DNA from: an uncultured bacterium
GTDB lineage: Bacteria > Krumholzibacteriota > Krumholzibacteriia > Krumholzibacteriales > Krumholzibacteriaceae
Direction: 5' to 3'
Assembly: GCA_963786935.1 (NCBI GenBank)
Contig: CAWBAN010000002.1
Location: forward strand, 192,001 to 256,000
DNA: 64,000 nt
Shown: piece after piece, positions 39,260 to 48,345 of the stretch
Numbering within the stretch: the stretch's first letter is position 1
Layout: each line of letters starts with the position of its first letter
The notes under the pieces: model-generated
What the model was told of the DNA's origin: nothing
Databases searched by the model: none
Seen by the model: only the letters and a program-made list of their open reading frames with translations
Made by a program: the position numbers and the translations under genes

Positions 39260-39365
39260 CTCCGCACACAGCTGACGGCCGCTGCCGTCACGCCGCCTGC
39301 GGAGCACGCGGCGCGCCGGCCCGCCGGGGAGGCGGACGCGGCCGCAGCTGATGCCGACGTTAAGC
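39254..39365 (+). repeat. attC site 10 (inverse core AAC mutated to GAC)
   Basis: AGCTGAC...GTTAAGC, 112 bp. Confidence 0.9.
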
Positions 39366-39382
39366 AGGCGGAGGTCCAGATC

Positions 39383-40156
39383 ATGGATACGTGGAAGTTC
39401 TACGACATCACTCATCGTGAGCACGTGGTCTGCAACCCCACGAGCGAAGAGAAGCTGGCACGGCTTGTTGGTCTCCTCCGGCTTCCCGACGATGCACGCG
39501 TGGTCGACATTGCATGTGGGAAGGGTGAGTTCCTGATTCGTCTTGCTGAAGCGTACGGCATCCGGGGAATCGGAATTGACATCTCACCTTTCCACATCGC
39601 CGACGCGCAGAGGCAGTTGGAAAAGCGGGTGCCCGGAGCAGAGGTCGCCTTCAGAGCGATGAACGGTTCTGACTTCAGGCCCGACGAGCCGCACAGCTTT
39701 GCTCTGGCATCCTGCATCGGCGCCAGTTGGGTGTTTGGTGGACACGCGGCGACTCTGGAAGCGCTATCGGACATGGTTCAGCCCGGTGGTTGGGTAGTAG
39801 TCGGGGAGCCCTACTGGCTCCAGGAACCATCCGAGGACTACCTTAAGGCCTCCGGGGTAACTAGAGACGACTTCGGGACACATTCCGGGAACGTCGAGGC
39901 GGGGGAGCTGCGAGGACTCGACTTGGTTCACACCTTCGTGAGCAATGGGGACGACTGGGACAAGTACGAAGGTCTTCAATGGTATGCGACGGCCGAGTAC
40001 GCCCGGTCTCATCCGGACGACCAAGATCTGCGCGAGCTCTTGGAGCGCGTCGCCAAGGCAAAAGCAATGTACCTTCGATGGGGACGAGACACTTTGGGCT
40101 GGGCGATCTATGCCTTCAGAAACCGTTCATCTCAGGGTGCCGTTTCGGCTGCCTAG
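39383..40156 (+). CDS. Cassette 11: class I SAM-dependent methyltransferase
   Basis: VVDIACGKGE, GIDIS, CIGASW, PGGWVVVGEPYW. Confidence 0.9.
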   Translation: MDTWKFYDITHREHVVCNPTSEEKLARLVGLLRLPDDARVVDIACGKGEFLIRLAEAYGIRGIGIDISPFHIADAQRQLEKRVPGAEVAFRAMNGSDFRPDEPHSFALASCIGASWVFGGHAATLEALSDMVQPGGWVVVGEPYWLQEPSEDYLKASGVTRDDFGTHSGNVEAGELRGLDLVHTFVSNGDDWDKYEGLQWYATAEYARSHPDDQDLRELLERVAKAKAMYLRWGRDTLGWAIYAFRNRSSQGAVSAA

Positions 40157-40221
40157 CATGGCGTTGAATCCGCCGGTTGGCCGCGAACGGCCGCCCGCGG
40201 GTTAACGCCAAGCCGTTAGAT
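40151..40221 (+). repeat. attC site 11 (71 bp, unrelated sequence type, degenerate inverse core)
   Basis: GCCTAGC-ATGGC-GTTGAATCCG...CGGGTTAACGCC-AAGCC-GTTAGAT; the core matches the ATCTAAC at the end of the next cassette. Confidence 0.8.
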
Positions 40222-40235
40222 TGACTGGTGAGAAC

Positions 40236-40712
40236 ATGATTGTCGTTATGCGATGCTGTTTGGTTATTACTCTTTTAATATTCCTCTATGCTGCGTGCGG
40301 CGATGACTCTCCGGTTAATACGAAGAAGCCCGAAGTATTCGAAGGGATACTGGTAGTGGAGCTGCCGGATTGTCATGTTGTTGGGGGCGATACGACTGAT
40401 TTTCAGCCCCGCCCGGAATCACACGACATGCTACCCACCAACTATTCTCTAAAATATGCATGTCCAAATCCGACGATCGGGGGGACGGCGATCTACTTCC
40501 AGATTCCTCAGCAAGATTCTGTTTGGCTGTTTGTTTACGACAAGCCGGGGGGCATGCCCATTGATACTCTCTATGCTGCCTCGGGGCCTGCCGGCGCCTA
40601 TTCGGTCAATTATGAGAACAAAGGTCCGCTGGGCATATACAGAGTGGTGATGCACGCGGCCGGCGGCTTTGAGTCCTATGGTGATGTCGAGTTCAGGGAT
40701 GAACTGCCATAG
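40236..40712 (+). CDS. Cassette 12: lipoprotein with degenerate FlgD-Ig-like domain
   Basis: Lipobox YAAC; YSL.YACPNP...IYFQIP...LFVYD...GIYRV. Confidence 0.7.
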   Translation: MIVVMRCCLVITLLIFLYAACGDDSPVNTKKPEVFEGILVVELPDCHVVGGDTTDFQPRPESHDMLPTNYSLKYACPNPTIGGTAIYFQIPQQDSVWLFVYDKPGGMPIDTLYAASGPAGAYSVNYENKGPLGIYRVVMHAAGGFESYGDVEFRDELP

Positions 40713-40715
40713 GCA

Positions 40716-40770
40716 ATCTAACTCCGCACACAGCTGGCGGCCGCTGCCGTACCTGATGCCGACGCTGGGT
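40716..40770 (+). repeat. attC site 12 (deleted, core GTT->GCT)
   Basis: ATCTAAC-TCCGCACACAGCTGGCGGCCGCTGCCGT-ACCTGATGCCGAC-GCTGGGT. Confidence 0.8.
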
Positions 40771-40810
40771 CGCAGATAGATCAGCGAAGGATTCTGGCCA
40801 ACCGTGTAGA

Positions 40811-41218
40811 ATGGAAGGGCTTCGACAGATGCATAACGGGGACAGGACTGTAGGCGCCAGGAACCACATTTTCGGATGGATGGGCACCATTCTTCTGCTC
40901 GGGATCCTTCCGATAAAACTTATCCGATTCGAGCATCGTGCATCGACGAGCTTCCTCATTGGAGTTGCCCCGAGCGCCCTGGGACCAGCCGGACTCCTGT
41001 TTCTGCTATTGTCAAGCCCCGGCCGGATTTCGCGATTCAGCCTTCTTCGGGTCACGCTGCTCGTGGCGGTACTCTCAATGGCACTGGAGTTCATGCAGCT
41101 TCTGTCTCGACCGGGAATGCTCGCGAACGCTCACTACACCTTTGATTACTACGATCTCGCTGCGACCGCTTTGAGCGTTATGATTGCATATTTTGTTGCT
41201 TTGGGCATTCTGAGATGA
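40811..41218 (+). CDS. Cassette 13 (terminal, no intact attC): membrane protein
   Basis: Four hydrophobic segments, LEFMQ and TFDYYDL motifs. Confidence 0.7.
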   Translation: MEGLRQMHNGDRTVGARNHIFGWMGTILLLGILPIKLIRFEHRASTSFLIGVAPSALGPAGLLFLLLSSPGRISRFSLLRVTLLVAVLSMALEFMQLLSRPGMLANAHYTFDYYDLAATALSVMIAYFVALGILR

Positions 41219-41246
41219 CCGGCCCCCAATTATCCTTCTTCGCCCA

Positions 41247-43589
41247 TCAGAACGAAACGACCTGCACGATTGCGCGCAGGGTGAAGGTGCCGCGCAGGAC
41301 GCCTCCGGAGTAGGTTCCGCCGGCATACAGGCCGTCCCGCTCCTCGCCCGTGCAGCTGCCCCCGACGAAGACCCGGTAGATCGCACCGGGCGCCAGGTCT
41401 GGAGACGAGAGCAGGATGGCCGAGTAGTTGCGCGCAGGCCTGAAGGTCACGATGCTGCGGCCGCTCGTGTCATTGATGTGGATGAGGGCCCCGGCCGGGA
41501 TGGGCATGCTGGCGCACAGCAGCACCGACCGCTGCTGGGACGAATTGCCGGGCACTTCGACCGAGACAGAGTTCATCTGCGAAACCGCCAGGAAGCCGCC
41601 GGACGCGATGAAGGCCCCGTTGACATCCACGCCCGCCTCGGGCGGCGCGGGAGGCCCGTGGACGACGATCGTCCCGCCGCCGATCATGAGATCCCCGTTG
41701 CTGTCGATGGCGTCGCCGCCGAGAGCGTTCAGGTGGACGTAGCCGCCGTTGATGATCAGGTTGCTGCCGTCGTCGTACTCGGGGGCACCGCCGTAGGTGG
41801 CGTTCAAGCAGTCGTCGGAGGAGGTGATGTGGATCTCGCCTCCGTTGATGATGAGGTTCGGAGATTCGATTCCTTCATACGAGTTCGTGATGTCGATCAG
41901 ACCGCCGTTGATCTCGATCCAGCGCTTCGACTTGATCGCATCGTCCGCCGACGCGATGGTGAGTGTTCCTCCGTCGATGTCGATCAGGCTGTCGACGGAG
42001 ATGGCCTTCGCCTCGGCGTACTCTTCGCCGCCGATCGGGATGGGCGCTCCGGTCGTCGTGATGCGCAGAGTGGGCGAGAATCCCGCGGTGCCTATGGCGA
42101 GGTCGCCGTCTCCCGAGATCCCCTTGCCGCCGGAGCCCGAGTGCGAGAGGGTCACCGTGCCGCCGCTCAGCACCACGTCGCCGTCCGCATTCAAACAGGG
42201 ACCGTGGAACGCGTCCGGCTCGCCGTCCACGTTGATATAACCGCCGCCCCCGCCGCTGGAAGTGATGTTCAGGTCGCCTGACTGAATGACGATACGGCCG
42301 TCACTGGAGATGCCCCGGCCGGCCTGGCCGATGGTGGTGATGGTCAGGTGGCAGCCGTCCAGCAGCACCAGAGTATCCGCTTTGACCGCCGTACAATAGG
42401 AGGGATCGTAGCCGAGCCCCGAGGCCTCCAGGACCGCGCCGCCCGAGGTCTCGATGGTCGCCGTCCCGCCGGTGAGCCGGATGTTCGCCGCTTTGAGTCC
42501 CTTGGACTGGTCGCCCTCCACGGTGAGATCGATCTCGCCGCCCGAGATCTCGAGATCGCCGCTGCACTTGAGCGCGTCCCTGTCGTCGCCCGGGATGACG
42601 ACCGCGAGGGCGCCTCCCGTGATATCGACTGGGCCGTTGCCCGCGTCGACCCCGTCGTTCCCCGAGGCAACCGCGACGGATCCGCCGTGCTGGATGTAGC
42701 CCTCGTTGGTGTGGATGCCGTCCTTGGCCGCGCTCTCGATGACGACGCTGCCGCCGTCGACCACGATGGAGCCGTCGCTTCCCAATCCGTGCTGGCTCTT
42801 CCCCCGCCCGTGAACGAGAAGGCTGCCGGACCCGGTGAAGATCAGCGGCCCCTCGCTGAAGAAGGCCGCCTTCTGGTCTTCGCCGGCGGGCGGGGTCGCG
42901 TAGGTCGCGCCGTCGGTGAGCGCATTGGCGGTGCCGTCCGCGAGCTCCACCGTGATCTCCTCGCGGGCCTGGATGTTGATCGCGGGCCCGTTCAGGTTGG
43001 CGATCTGGACGCCGTTCAGTCGCAGCGCGAGCTCGCCGTCCGAGTAGATCTTGCACATGCCGTCCGTAGTGGTTCCGGTCAGCGAGCACGTGATGCCGTC
43101 GAGGCCGGCGGCGGATGTGATCGTCACGTCGGCGCCCGACACGTGGACTGCCACGCCGGCGTTTTCGAGCGGATTGTCCACGGTCGCTGCCGTCCCGTTG
43201 TAGGTGATGGAGACGACGTTCGCCGAGCTGTCGGAAAAGGTCATGCTGTCGACATCCGCCATGTCGAATCGGCTCGTGTCGCCCGCCGCGCCGTAGATTG
43301 TCATCAGCCCGCCGTCGTCGAAGCACATGCTGTCGATCCCGGTCACCTGGAACAGCCTGATCCCGTTCCGGGTGTGAATGCGCAGGATGTCTTTGGCGCC
43401 CTGAAGGCCGTCGCGCAGGGCGAAGCCCGCCGTCGTATCATGAACGCCGAACGTGACGCTGTCGATCTCGGCGACGTTGAACTGGTCCACATGGCCGCTC
43501 AGTCGGATGACTCTCATTTCCTGCGCTCGGACGCACACGGCCCCCGCAACGACGAACAGGATGATCATGGATATCTTCTTCATGGTCAT
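41247..43589 (-). CDS. Cthe_2159/DUF4353-family beta-helix carbohydrate-binding (polysaccharide lyase-like) protein
   Basis: L.LNGV.I.N..GPAINI, N.LTDG..Y, repeated I.GG.I.I.S..D, GDAIDSNG and G.DVNG motifs. Confidence 0.85.
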   Translation of the reverse strand: MTMKKISMIILFVVAGAVCVRAQEMRVIRLSGHVDQFNVAEIDSVTFGVHDTTAGFALRDGLQGAKDILRIHTRNGIRLFQVTGIDSMCFDDGGLMTIYGAAGDTSRFDMADVDSMTFSDSSANVVSITYNGTAATVDNPLENAGVAVHVSGADVTITSAAGLDGITCSLTGTTTDGMCKIYSDGELALRLNGVQIANLNGPAINIQAREEITVELADGTANALTDGATYATPPAGEDQKAAFFSEGPLIFTGSGSLLVHGRGKSQHGLGSDGSIVVDGGSVVIESAAKDGIHTNEGYIQHGGSVAVASGNDGVDAGNGPVDITGGALAVVIPGDDRDALKCSGDLEISGGEIDLTVEGDQSKGLKAANIRLTGGTATIETSGGAVLEASGLGYDPSYCTAVKADTLVLLDGCHLTITTIGQAGRGISSDGRIVIQSGDLNITSSGGGGGYINVDGEPDAFHGPCLNADGDVVLSGGTVTLSHSGSGGKGISGDGDLAIGTAGFSPTLRITTTGAPIPIGGEEYAEAKAISVDSLIDIDGGTLTIASADDAIKSKRWIEINGGLIDITNSYEGIESPNLIINGGEIHITSSDDCLNATYGGAPEYDDGSNLIINGGYVHLNALGGDAIDSNGDLMIGGGTIVVHGPPAPPEAGVDVNGAFIASGGFLAVSQMNSVSVEVPGNSSQQRSVLLCASMPIPAGALIHINDTSGRSIVTFRPARNYSAILLSSPDLAPGAIYRVFVGGSCTGEERDGLYAGGTYSGGVLRGTFTLRAIVQVVSF

Positions 43590-43596
43590 CCCTCGA

Positions 43597-44070
43597 TTAC
43601 TTGACCAGGATCAGCTTCTTGGAGAGGGTCGGTTTGCCGCATTTCACCGTATAGAAGTACACGCCGCTGGAGACTCGCGCGCGCGTGCCGTCCATGCCGT
43701 CCCACGTCACCCGATGCCGCCCCGCCGCCTGGGTCTCGTGCAGCAGCTCCCTGATCAGCGCGCCTTTCAAGTTGTAGACGCGGACCGTGACATCGGCCCT
43801 ATCCGAGGTCTCGTATTCGATGATGGTCGAAGGATTGAAGGGATTCGGGTAGTTCTGCAGCAACTGGAAGACAAACGGCGCGCGCGGCGGAATATCGGGA
43901 TCCGGATCGTTTATTCCGGTTGTGTTCGCAAACTCGATGCGTCGGATGTCGTCGTGAGGGATGGTGAGCGTTTGTCCGTTCCTGAGATGTATGGTCATGT
44001 CATAGCTCCGGCCGAAAGCGCTCGCGCTCAGCAGGAGCAGGATACCCATGGGTAACGCAATACTTCTCAT
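43597..44070 (-). CDS. Small secreted protein consisting almost entirely of a FlgD-Ig/T9SS-like C-terminal domain
   Basis: Signal peptide; LLQNYPNPFNPSTII.Y...YNLKG...WDG...SSGVYFY...KKLILVK. Confidence 0.85.
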   Translation of the reverse strand: MRSIALPMGILLLLSASAFGRSYDMTIHLRNGQTLTIPHDDIRRIEFANTTGINDPDPDIPPRAPFVFQLLQNYPNPFNPSTIIEYETSDRADVTVRVYNLKGALIRELLHETQAAGRHRVTWDGMDGTRARVSSGVYFYTVKCGKPTLSKKLILVK

Positions 44071-44298
44071 GGCTTTCTCCGTCCTTTATCGGCGCGATGG
44101 AGGGGGCCGCGATCCCGGTTTACTCCTATACGCGCCAAGCTCGTCACGACCGCGGATTACAGGAGAAATGTTGCTCGGTCGGACGCCTGATGATACTATA
44201 AGCGGCGAGTCATCTACACGGATAAATTTGTCGTGCGGTCGCTCGACGTGCGTGCGGCACGCGTGGCGCGTCGGGCGATCGAACCCGGGAGGGTCGGC

Positions 44299-44961
44299 AT
44301 GGCAAGCATGGGATGGAGCGATAGTCTGCGGACGATCTTCTCTTTCTTTCTGGGTCTGATGCTGGCCGCGTTTGTCGGAGTGGGCGTATATACTTTTCAC
44401 GCACCTCCCGAGCAGGTCGATAGTCAGATCCGAGACCTCGCCCGCCGGGAGCAAGCGATCAGAGACTCGAAGCCGCCAAATGAGCTGGAGGCTTCAGATC
44501 GGGATAATATCCGGGAGCTCGATCGGCAGCGGAATGATTTAAGGGACGCGGCGGACAAAGCGCGCAAACCGTGGGTCCAAAGCACGAGCATCATACTTAT
44601 GGTGTTCGCCACACTCATCATGGCCGTCTCGCTCGTGCGCCCCGGTCAACTTCCCGTGATCAGCAACGGCCTTCTGCTGGGCGGCATCTTCACGATGCTG
44701 TACGGTGTCGGGTGGATCGTCGCCTCAGACAAATCAGTCACCAGGTTTCTGGTCATGACCGCCGGACTCCTGACCACGCTGGGGCTTGGCTATCTCCGAT
44801 TCGTCCGCCGCGGCGCGGCCTCGCCAGTCGCTGCCGGATCGGGAATCCAAGACGAAAAGGGATTCGCGGACGTCGAGCGCCGCGTCCGAGTTCTCGAAGA
44901 GGCGATGAACGAAGCCGCGCACGCGCTTGGGCGCAGGCGCGATGATTCGGGCCAGTCCTGA
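44299..44961 (+). CDS. Membrane protein
   Basis: GGAGGG RBS, four TM segments with a coiled-coil loop. Confidence 0.75.
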   Translation: MASMGWSDSLRTIFSFFLGLMLAAFVGVGVYTFHAPPEQVDSQIRDLARREQAIRDSKPPNELEASDRDNIRELDRQRNDLRDAADKARKPWVQSTSIILMVFATLIMAVSLVRPGQLPVISNGLLLGGIFTMLYGVGWIVASDKSVTRFLVMTAGLLTTLGLGYLRFVRRGAASPVAAGSGIQDEKGFADVERRVRVLEEAMNEAAHALGRRRDDSGQS

Positions 44962-44977
44962 ACAGGGAGACGCTGCG

Positions 44978-45766
44978 ATGTCCACGCGGCAGACCGTCCT
45001 TCTCGTCGGCGGCACCGGACGCACCGGCCGGCGCGTCTTGAAGCAGCTTCTGGCCCGCGGCGTCGGTGTCCGCGTCATCGCGCGGTCCGCCGCGAAGCTC
45101 CCGGCGGATGTCGCGGACGATCCTAACCTGACGGTGGTCGAGGGCGACCTCCTGTCTCTCGGCGATGACGATCTCCTGCGCCACCTCCGCGGCTGCGATG
45201 CCGTCATCTCGTGCCTTGGTCACGTTCCCGACTTGAGGGGCATCTTCGGGCCGCCGCGCGACCTCGTCACGCGGGCCACGACGAGGCTGTGCCGGGCGAT
45301 CGAGGCGCTGCAGCCCGCAAAGCCGGTCAAGTTCATTCTCATGAGCAGCGTCTCGGTGAATCGCCCCGGGGGCCTCGACACGCGTCGCGGAACGTTCGAA
45401 AAGGCGGTCATGTGGATTCTCCGCGGGCTCGTGCCTCCGGCCAAGGACAACCAACGAGCGGCGGATTTCCTCTCTCGCGAAGTCGGGATGAGCGATACGT
45501 TCGTGCAGTGGGCGGCGGTCCGCCCGGACATACTTCGGGAGGGCGACGTTTCGGATTACTCGCTGCACGAGGGCCTGGTGAGCAGTCTCTTTGCGCCGGA
45601 CAGCACCAACATGGCCAATGTCGCGCACTTCATGTGTGAGTTGACAACAAACTCGAAGACGTGGGACGATTGGAAAGGAAGGCTGCCCGTAATCATCAAC
45701 CATGGGAGCGCGCCCGACGGAGAGGCCGGCGCGCCCGCAGATAGCGCCGGCGTCAGGGTGAAATAG
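44978..45766 (+). CDS. NAD(P)-binding oxidoreductase (atypical SDR, biliverdin reductase B-like)
   Basis: VGGTGRTG Rossmann motif, DAVISCLG, WAAVRP. Confidence 0.85.
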   Translation: MSTRQTVLLVGGTGRTGRRVLKQLLARGVGVRVIARSAAKLPADVADDPNLTVVEGDLLSLGDDDLLRHLRGCDAVISCLGHVPDLRGIFGPPRDLVTRATTRLCRAIEALQPAKPVKFILMSSVSVNRPGGLDTRRGTFEKAVMWILRGLVPPAKDNQRAADFLSREVGMSDTFVQWAAVRPDILREGDVSDYSLHEGLVSSLFAPDSTNMANVAHFMCELTTNSKTWDDWKGRLPVIINHGSAPDGEAGAPADSAGVRVK

Positions 45767-45767
45767 C

Positions 45768-46589
45768 ATGAAACAGATGATCATGTGCGCCTGCCTTATC
45801 CTGGGATTGCTCGGGTGCGACAGCAGTACGGACGAGGATACAGATGAGTCGCCGACGGTGGTCTTCACCGAGGAACAGCGAGTGCTGGCGGATCAGATCG
45901 TCAGCGTTTTCGAAAACGACACGCCGGTGATCGACTATGCCTATGCGGAGAACCTCGATGACGGCCGCGGCATCACGGCCGGCCGGGCCGGATTTACCTC
46001 GGCGACGGGCGACATGCTGCTGGTGGTCGAGCGATACACGCAGCTCGTTCCCGGCAATCCGTTATCCGGATATTTGCCGCGCCTCCGGGCACTCGCGGCC
46101 GCGGAGAGCGATTCCACGCAGGGGCTGGAGAATTTGGAGGATGCGTGGCGAACGGCCGCCGAGGATTCGATCTTTCGAGAGGTTCAGGACGAAATTGTGG
46201 ACGAAGAATACTATTGGCCGGCCGTGGAACATGCGGAAGAGCTGGGGCTATCCCTTCCGCTGAGCCTGTTGAACCTTTATGACACCTGTATCCAGCATGG
46301 CGACGGCGACGATCCGGATGGGCTGCCGGCGATTATCAGCCGGTCGACCGCGCACGTTGAGGGGACGCCGGCCGACGGCGTCGATGAACGCGAATGGCTG
46401 CGGGCATTCATGAACATCCGCAGGTCGGTGCTCCTGAACGCTACCGATCCGGACACGCGCGAAGAGTGGGCCGAGTCGGTTGGGCGAGCCGATGCGCTGA
46501 TCGCCATATTTCAGAGCGGGAATATGAATTTGGTGCCGCCCATCACGATCGCTCCATATGATACGTCTTTCACGCTCCCTCAGCCGTAG
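45768..46589 (+). CDS. Chitosanase (GH46) lipoprotein
   Basis: S.FEN, Y.YAENLDDGRGITAGRAGFTSATGD, YDTCIQHG; lipobox LLGC. Confidence 0.9.
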   Translation: MKQMIMCACLILGLLGCDSSTDEDTDESPTVVFTEEQRVLADQIVSVFENDTPVIDYAYAENLDDGRGITAGRAGFTSATGDMLLVVERYTQLVPGNPLSGYLPRLRALAAAESDSTQGLENLEDAWRTAAEDSIFREVQDEIVDEEYYWPAVEHAEELGLSLPLSLLNLYDTCIQHGDGDDPDGLPAIISRSTAHVEGTPADGVDEREWLRAFMNIRRSVLLNATDPDTREEWAESVGRADALIAIFQSGNMNLVPPITIAPYDTSFTLPQP

Positions 46590-46601
46590 GAGAAGAGAGC
46601 C

Positions 46602-47162
46602 ATGATTGAGTCGCTGTTTGTTACGGTATGGCCGGCAGGGTTTCTGATCGTGTTGTTCGGCGGCGGGGCGCTCTTCCGGCGCAAGAATATCGATATGGAC
46701 GGCGATCCGCCGATCAATAAAACGCTCTTCGTAAGCAGCAAGTATGCGATTGTCCTGCTGTGGGCCGCGATGGTGGCGCAGAGCTGGGGCGCCAACCTGT
46801 CCTTGGCGAAGGCCCCCGGGCTCTTGAAATGGATCGCGTTGTGCCTCTGGGTGTCGGGTTTCGCGCTGCTGTTCGCCGGACGATTCGGACTTGGAGGGGC
46901 CTTTCGGATAGGCTCTCCCAAGGAGCGCACGAATCTGACCGTCGATGGATTGTTCCGATTCAGCAGGAATCCGATGTACCTGGGTGTGTATAAGACGTTG
47001 CTCGCGTCAGCGCTGTACACGCTGAATCCCTTCGTGTTCGTCCTGGGGATATTCGTGGTTGCCGTTCACCACAGGATCGTGCTGGCGGAAGAGCGGTATT
47101 TGCGAACGATCTATGGCGAACAGTATGCGGAGTATTGCCGCCGTGTGAGGCGGTATCTCTGA
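46602..47162 (+). CDS. Isoprenylcysteine carboxylmethyltransferase/PEMT family protein
   Basis: [18 protein letters not shown]...YGEQY..Y...VRRYL. Confidence 0.9.
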   Translation: MIESLFVTVWPAGFLIVLFGGGALFRRKNIDMDGDPPINKTLFVSSKYAIVLLWAAMVAQSWGANLSLAKAPGLLKWIALCLWVSGFALLFAGRFGLGGAFRIGSPKERTNLTVDGLFRFSRNPMYLGVYKTLLASALYTLNPFVFVLGIFVVAVHHRIVLAEERYLRTIYGEQYAEYCRRVRRYL

Positions 47163-47212
47163 GCATCATCGGAGATCGGGCTGCGGGCCACGCAATCCGT
47201 ATTCAACGCGAT

Positions 47213-47722
47213 ATGACGATCATTCGAGCAATGAAAGCGGACATCACGACCCTGGCCGTGGATGCTATCGTGAACGCCGCGAATACGACTCTGCTGGGCG
47301 GCGGCGGAGTCGACGGCGCCATTCATCGCGCGGCGGGAAGGGAACTCTATGACGAGTGCCGCGCCCTGCATGGCTGCGCGACGGGCGATGCCAAGCTGAC
47401 GCGGGGGTACAGGCTTCCCGCGAAGTTCGTCATTCATACGGCAGGCCCGGTGTGGGGCGGAGGGGATGATGGGGAGCCTCAGTTATTGGCTTCCTGCTAC
47501 CGTCGCTCGCTCGAGACAGCCAAGGCGCATGGGCTAAAGTCCATTGCGTTTCCCTGTATCAGCACGGGCATCTACGGATATCCGCCGGATGAAGCGGCAC
47601 GGATCGCCATACAAGCCGTCCGGGATTTCGTTCGGGATGATCCTTCGCTTGATGAAATCATATTCTGCTGCTATTCTGACGCGGATTTGCGGATCTATGC
47701 GCATTTCTTGCCGAAGCGATGA
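47213..47722 (+). CDS. Macro domain protein (O-acetyl-ADP-ribose deacetylase, YmdB-like)
   Basis: DIT...[37 protein letters not shown]. Confidence 0.93.
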   Translation: MTIIRAMKADITTLAVDAIVNAANTTLLGGGGVDGAIHRAAGRELYDECRALHGCATGDAKLTRGYRLPAKFVIHTAGPVWGGGDDGEPQLLASCYRRSLETAKAHGLKSIAFPCISTGIYGYPPDEAARIAIQAVRDFVRDDPSLDEIIFCCYSDADLRIYAHFLPKR

Positions 47723-47754
47723 ACAGCTGCCCGACGAGCGATGAGGAGGCTGCA

Positions 47755-48126
47755 ATGAGTTTTGTCGGCAACATATTATGGGTTCTTCTCGGAGGCGGGA
47801 TAATCCTCTTTCTGGAGTATCTCTTCGGGGGCATTGTCCTGTGCCTCACCGTGCTCGGCATCCCGTTCGGCGTTCAGTGTTTCAAGCTCTCGTTCCTGGC
47901 GCTGTTTCCGTTCGGCAAGGAGATAAGGACGACGAAAGGGGGGCACGGGGTCCTCTCGACGCTCATGAACGTGATCTGGATCGTCTTCGCGGGGCTCGCG
48001 ATATCGGCGACTCATGTCATCTTCGGATTGCTCTGCGCGGTGACCATCATCGGGCTCCCGTTCGCGAAGCAGCACATGAAGCTGGCGTCACTCGCCCTGA
48101 CGCCTTTCGGGCACACATACGATTAG
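47755..48126 (+). CDS. YccF-domain inner membrane protein
   Basis: Two copies of N..W...G ...T..G.PF..Q..KL..LAL.PFG. Confidence 0.9.
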   Translation: MSFVGNILWVLLGGGIILFLEYLFGGIVLCLTVLGIPFGVQCFKLSFLALFPFGKEIRTTKGGHGVLSTLMNVIWIVFAGLAISATHVIFGLLCAVTIIGLPFAKQHMKLASLALTPFGHTYD

Positions 48127-48156
48127 GGGATGGACATCCGCCAAAGGAGGGTTCGA

Positions 48157-48345
48157 ATGGGCGAGAAAGCGTGCGCGCACTGCGGCCTGCGGGCCAGGCA
48201 TGACAAGAATCCCAAATCGTTCATCGGGAGGCTCTGGCGCTGGCATATCAACTTCTGCCCCGGCTGGAAGAGCTATTTCACCGCTCTGCCGGCGGAGGAA
48301 AAGGCCAAGGTCGCCGAGCAGTATGATTTCAGGAAATATCGATGA
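48157..48345 (+). CDS. Small hypothetical protein (CxxC...WRWH..FCPGW)
   Basis: AAGGAGG RBS; overlaps the next start. Confidence 0.75.
   Translation: MGEKACAHCGLRARHDKNPKSFIGRLWRWHINFCPGWKSYFTALPAEEKAKVAEQYDFRKYR

Larger units (their letters stand above)
31477..41230 (+). mobile_element. Chromosomal integron: intI, attI platform and array of 13 cassettes
   Basis: Integrase followed by AT-richer + strand ORFs separated by attC sites. For most cassettes the leading GTTRRRY-type core is complementary (0-1 mismatch) to the inverse core at the cassette's end. Confidence 0.95.

Noticed and set aside
33191..39365. Regularly recurring ~112-bp repeats as a CRISPR array or REP/MITE family
   Set aside because: The spacers are whole genes, the repeats have R/L box attC architecture with matching cores, an IntI is adjacent, and there are no cas genes.
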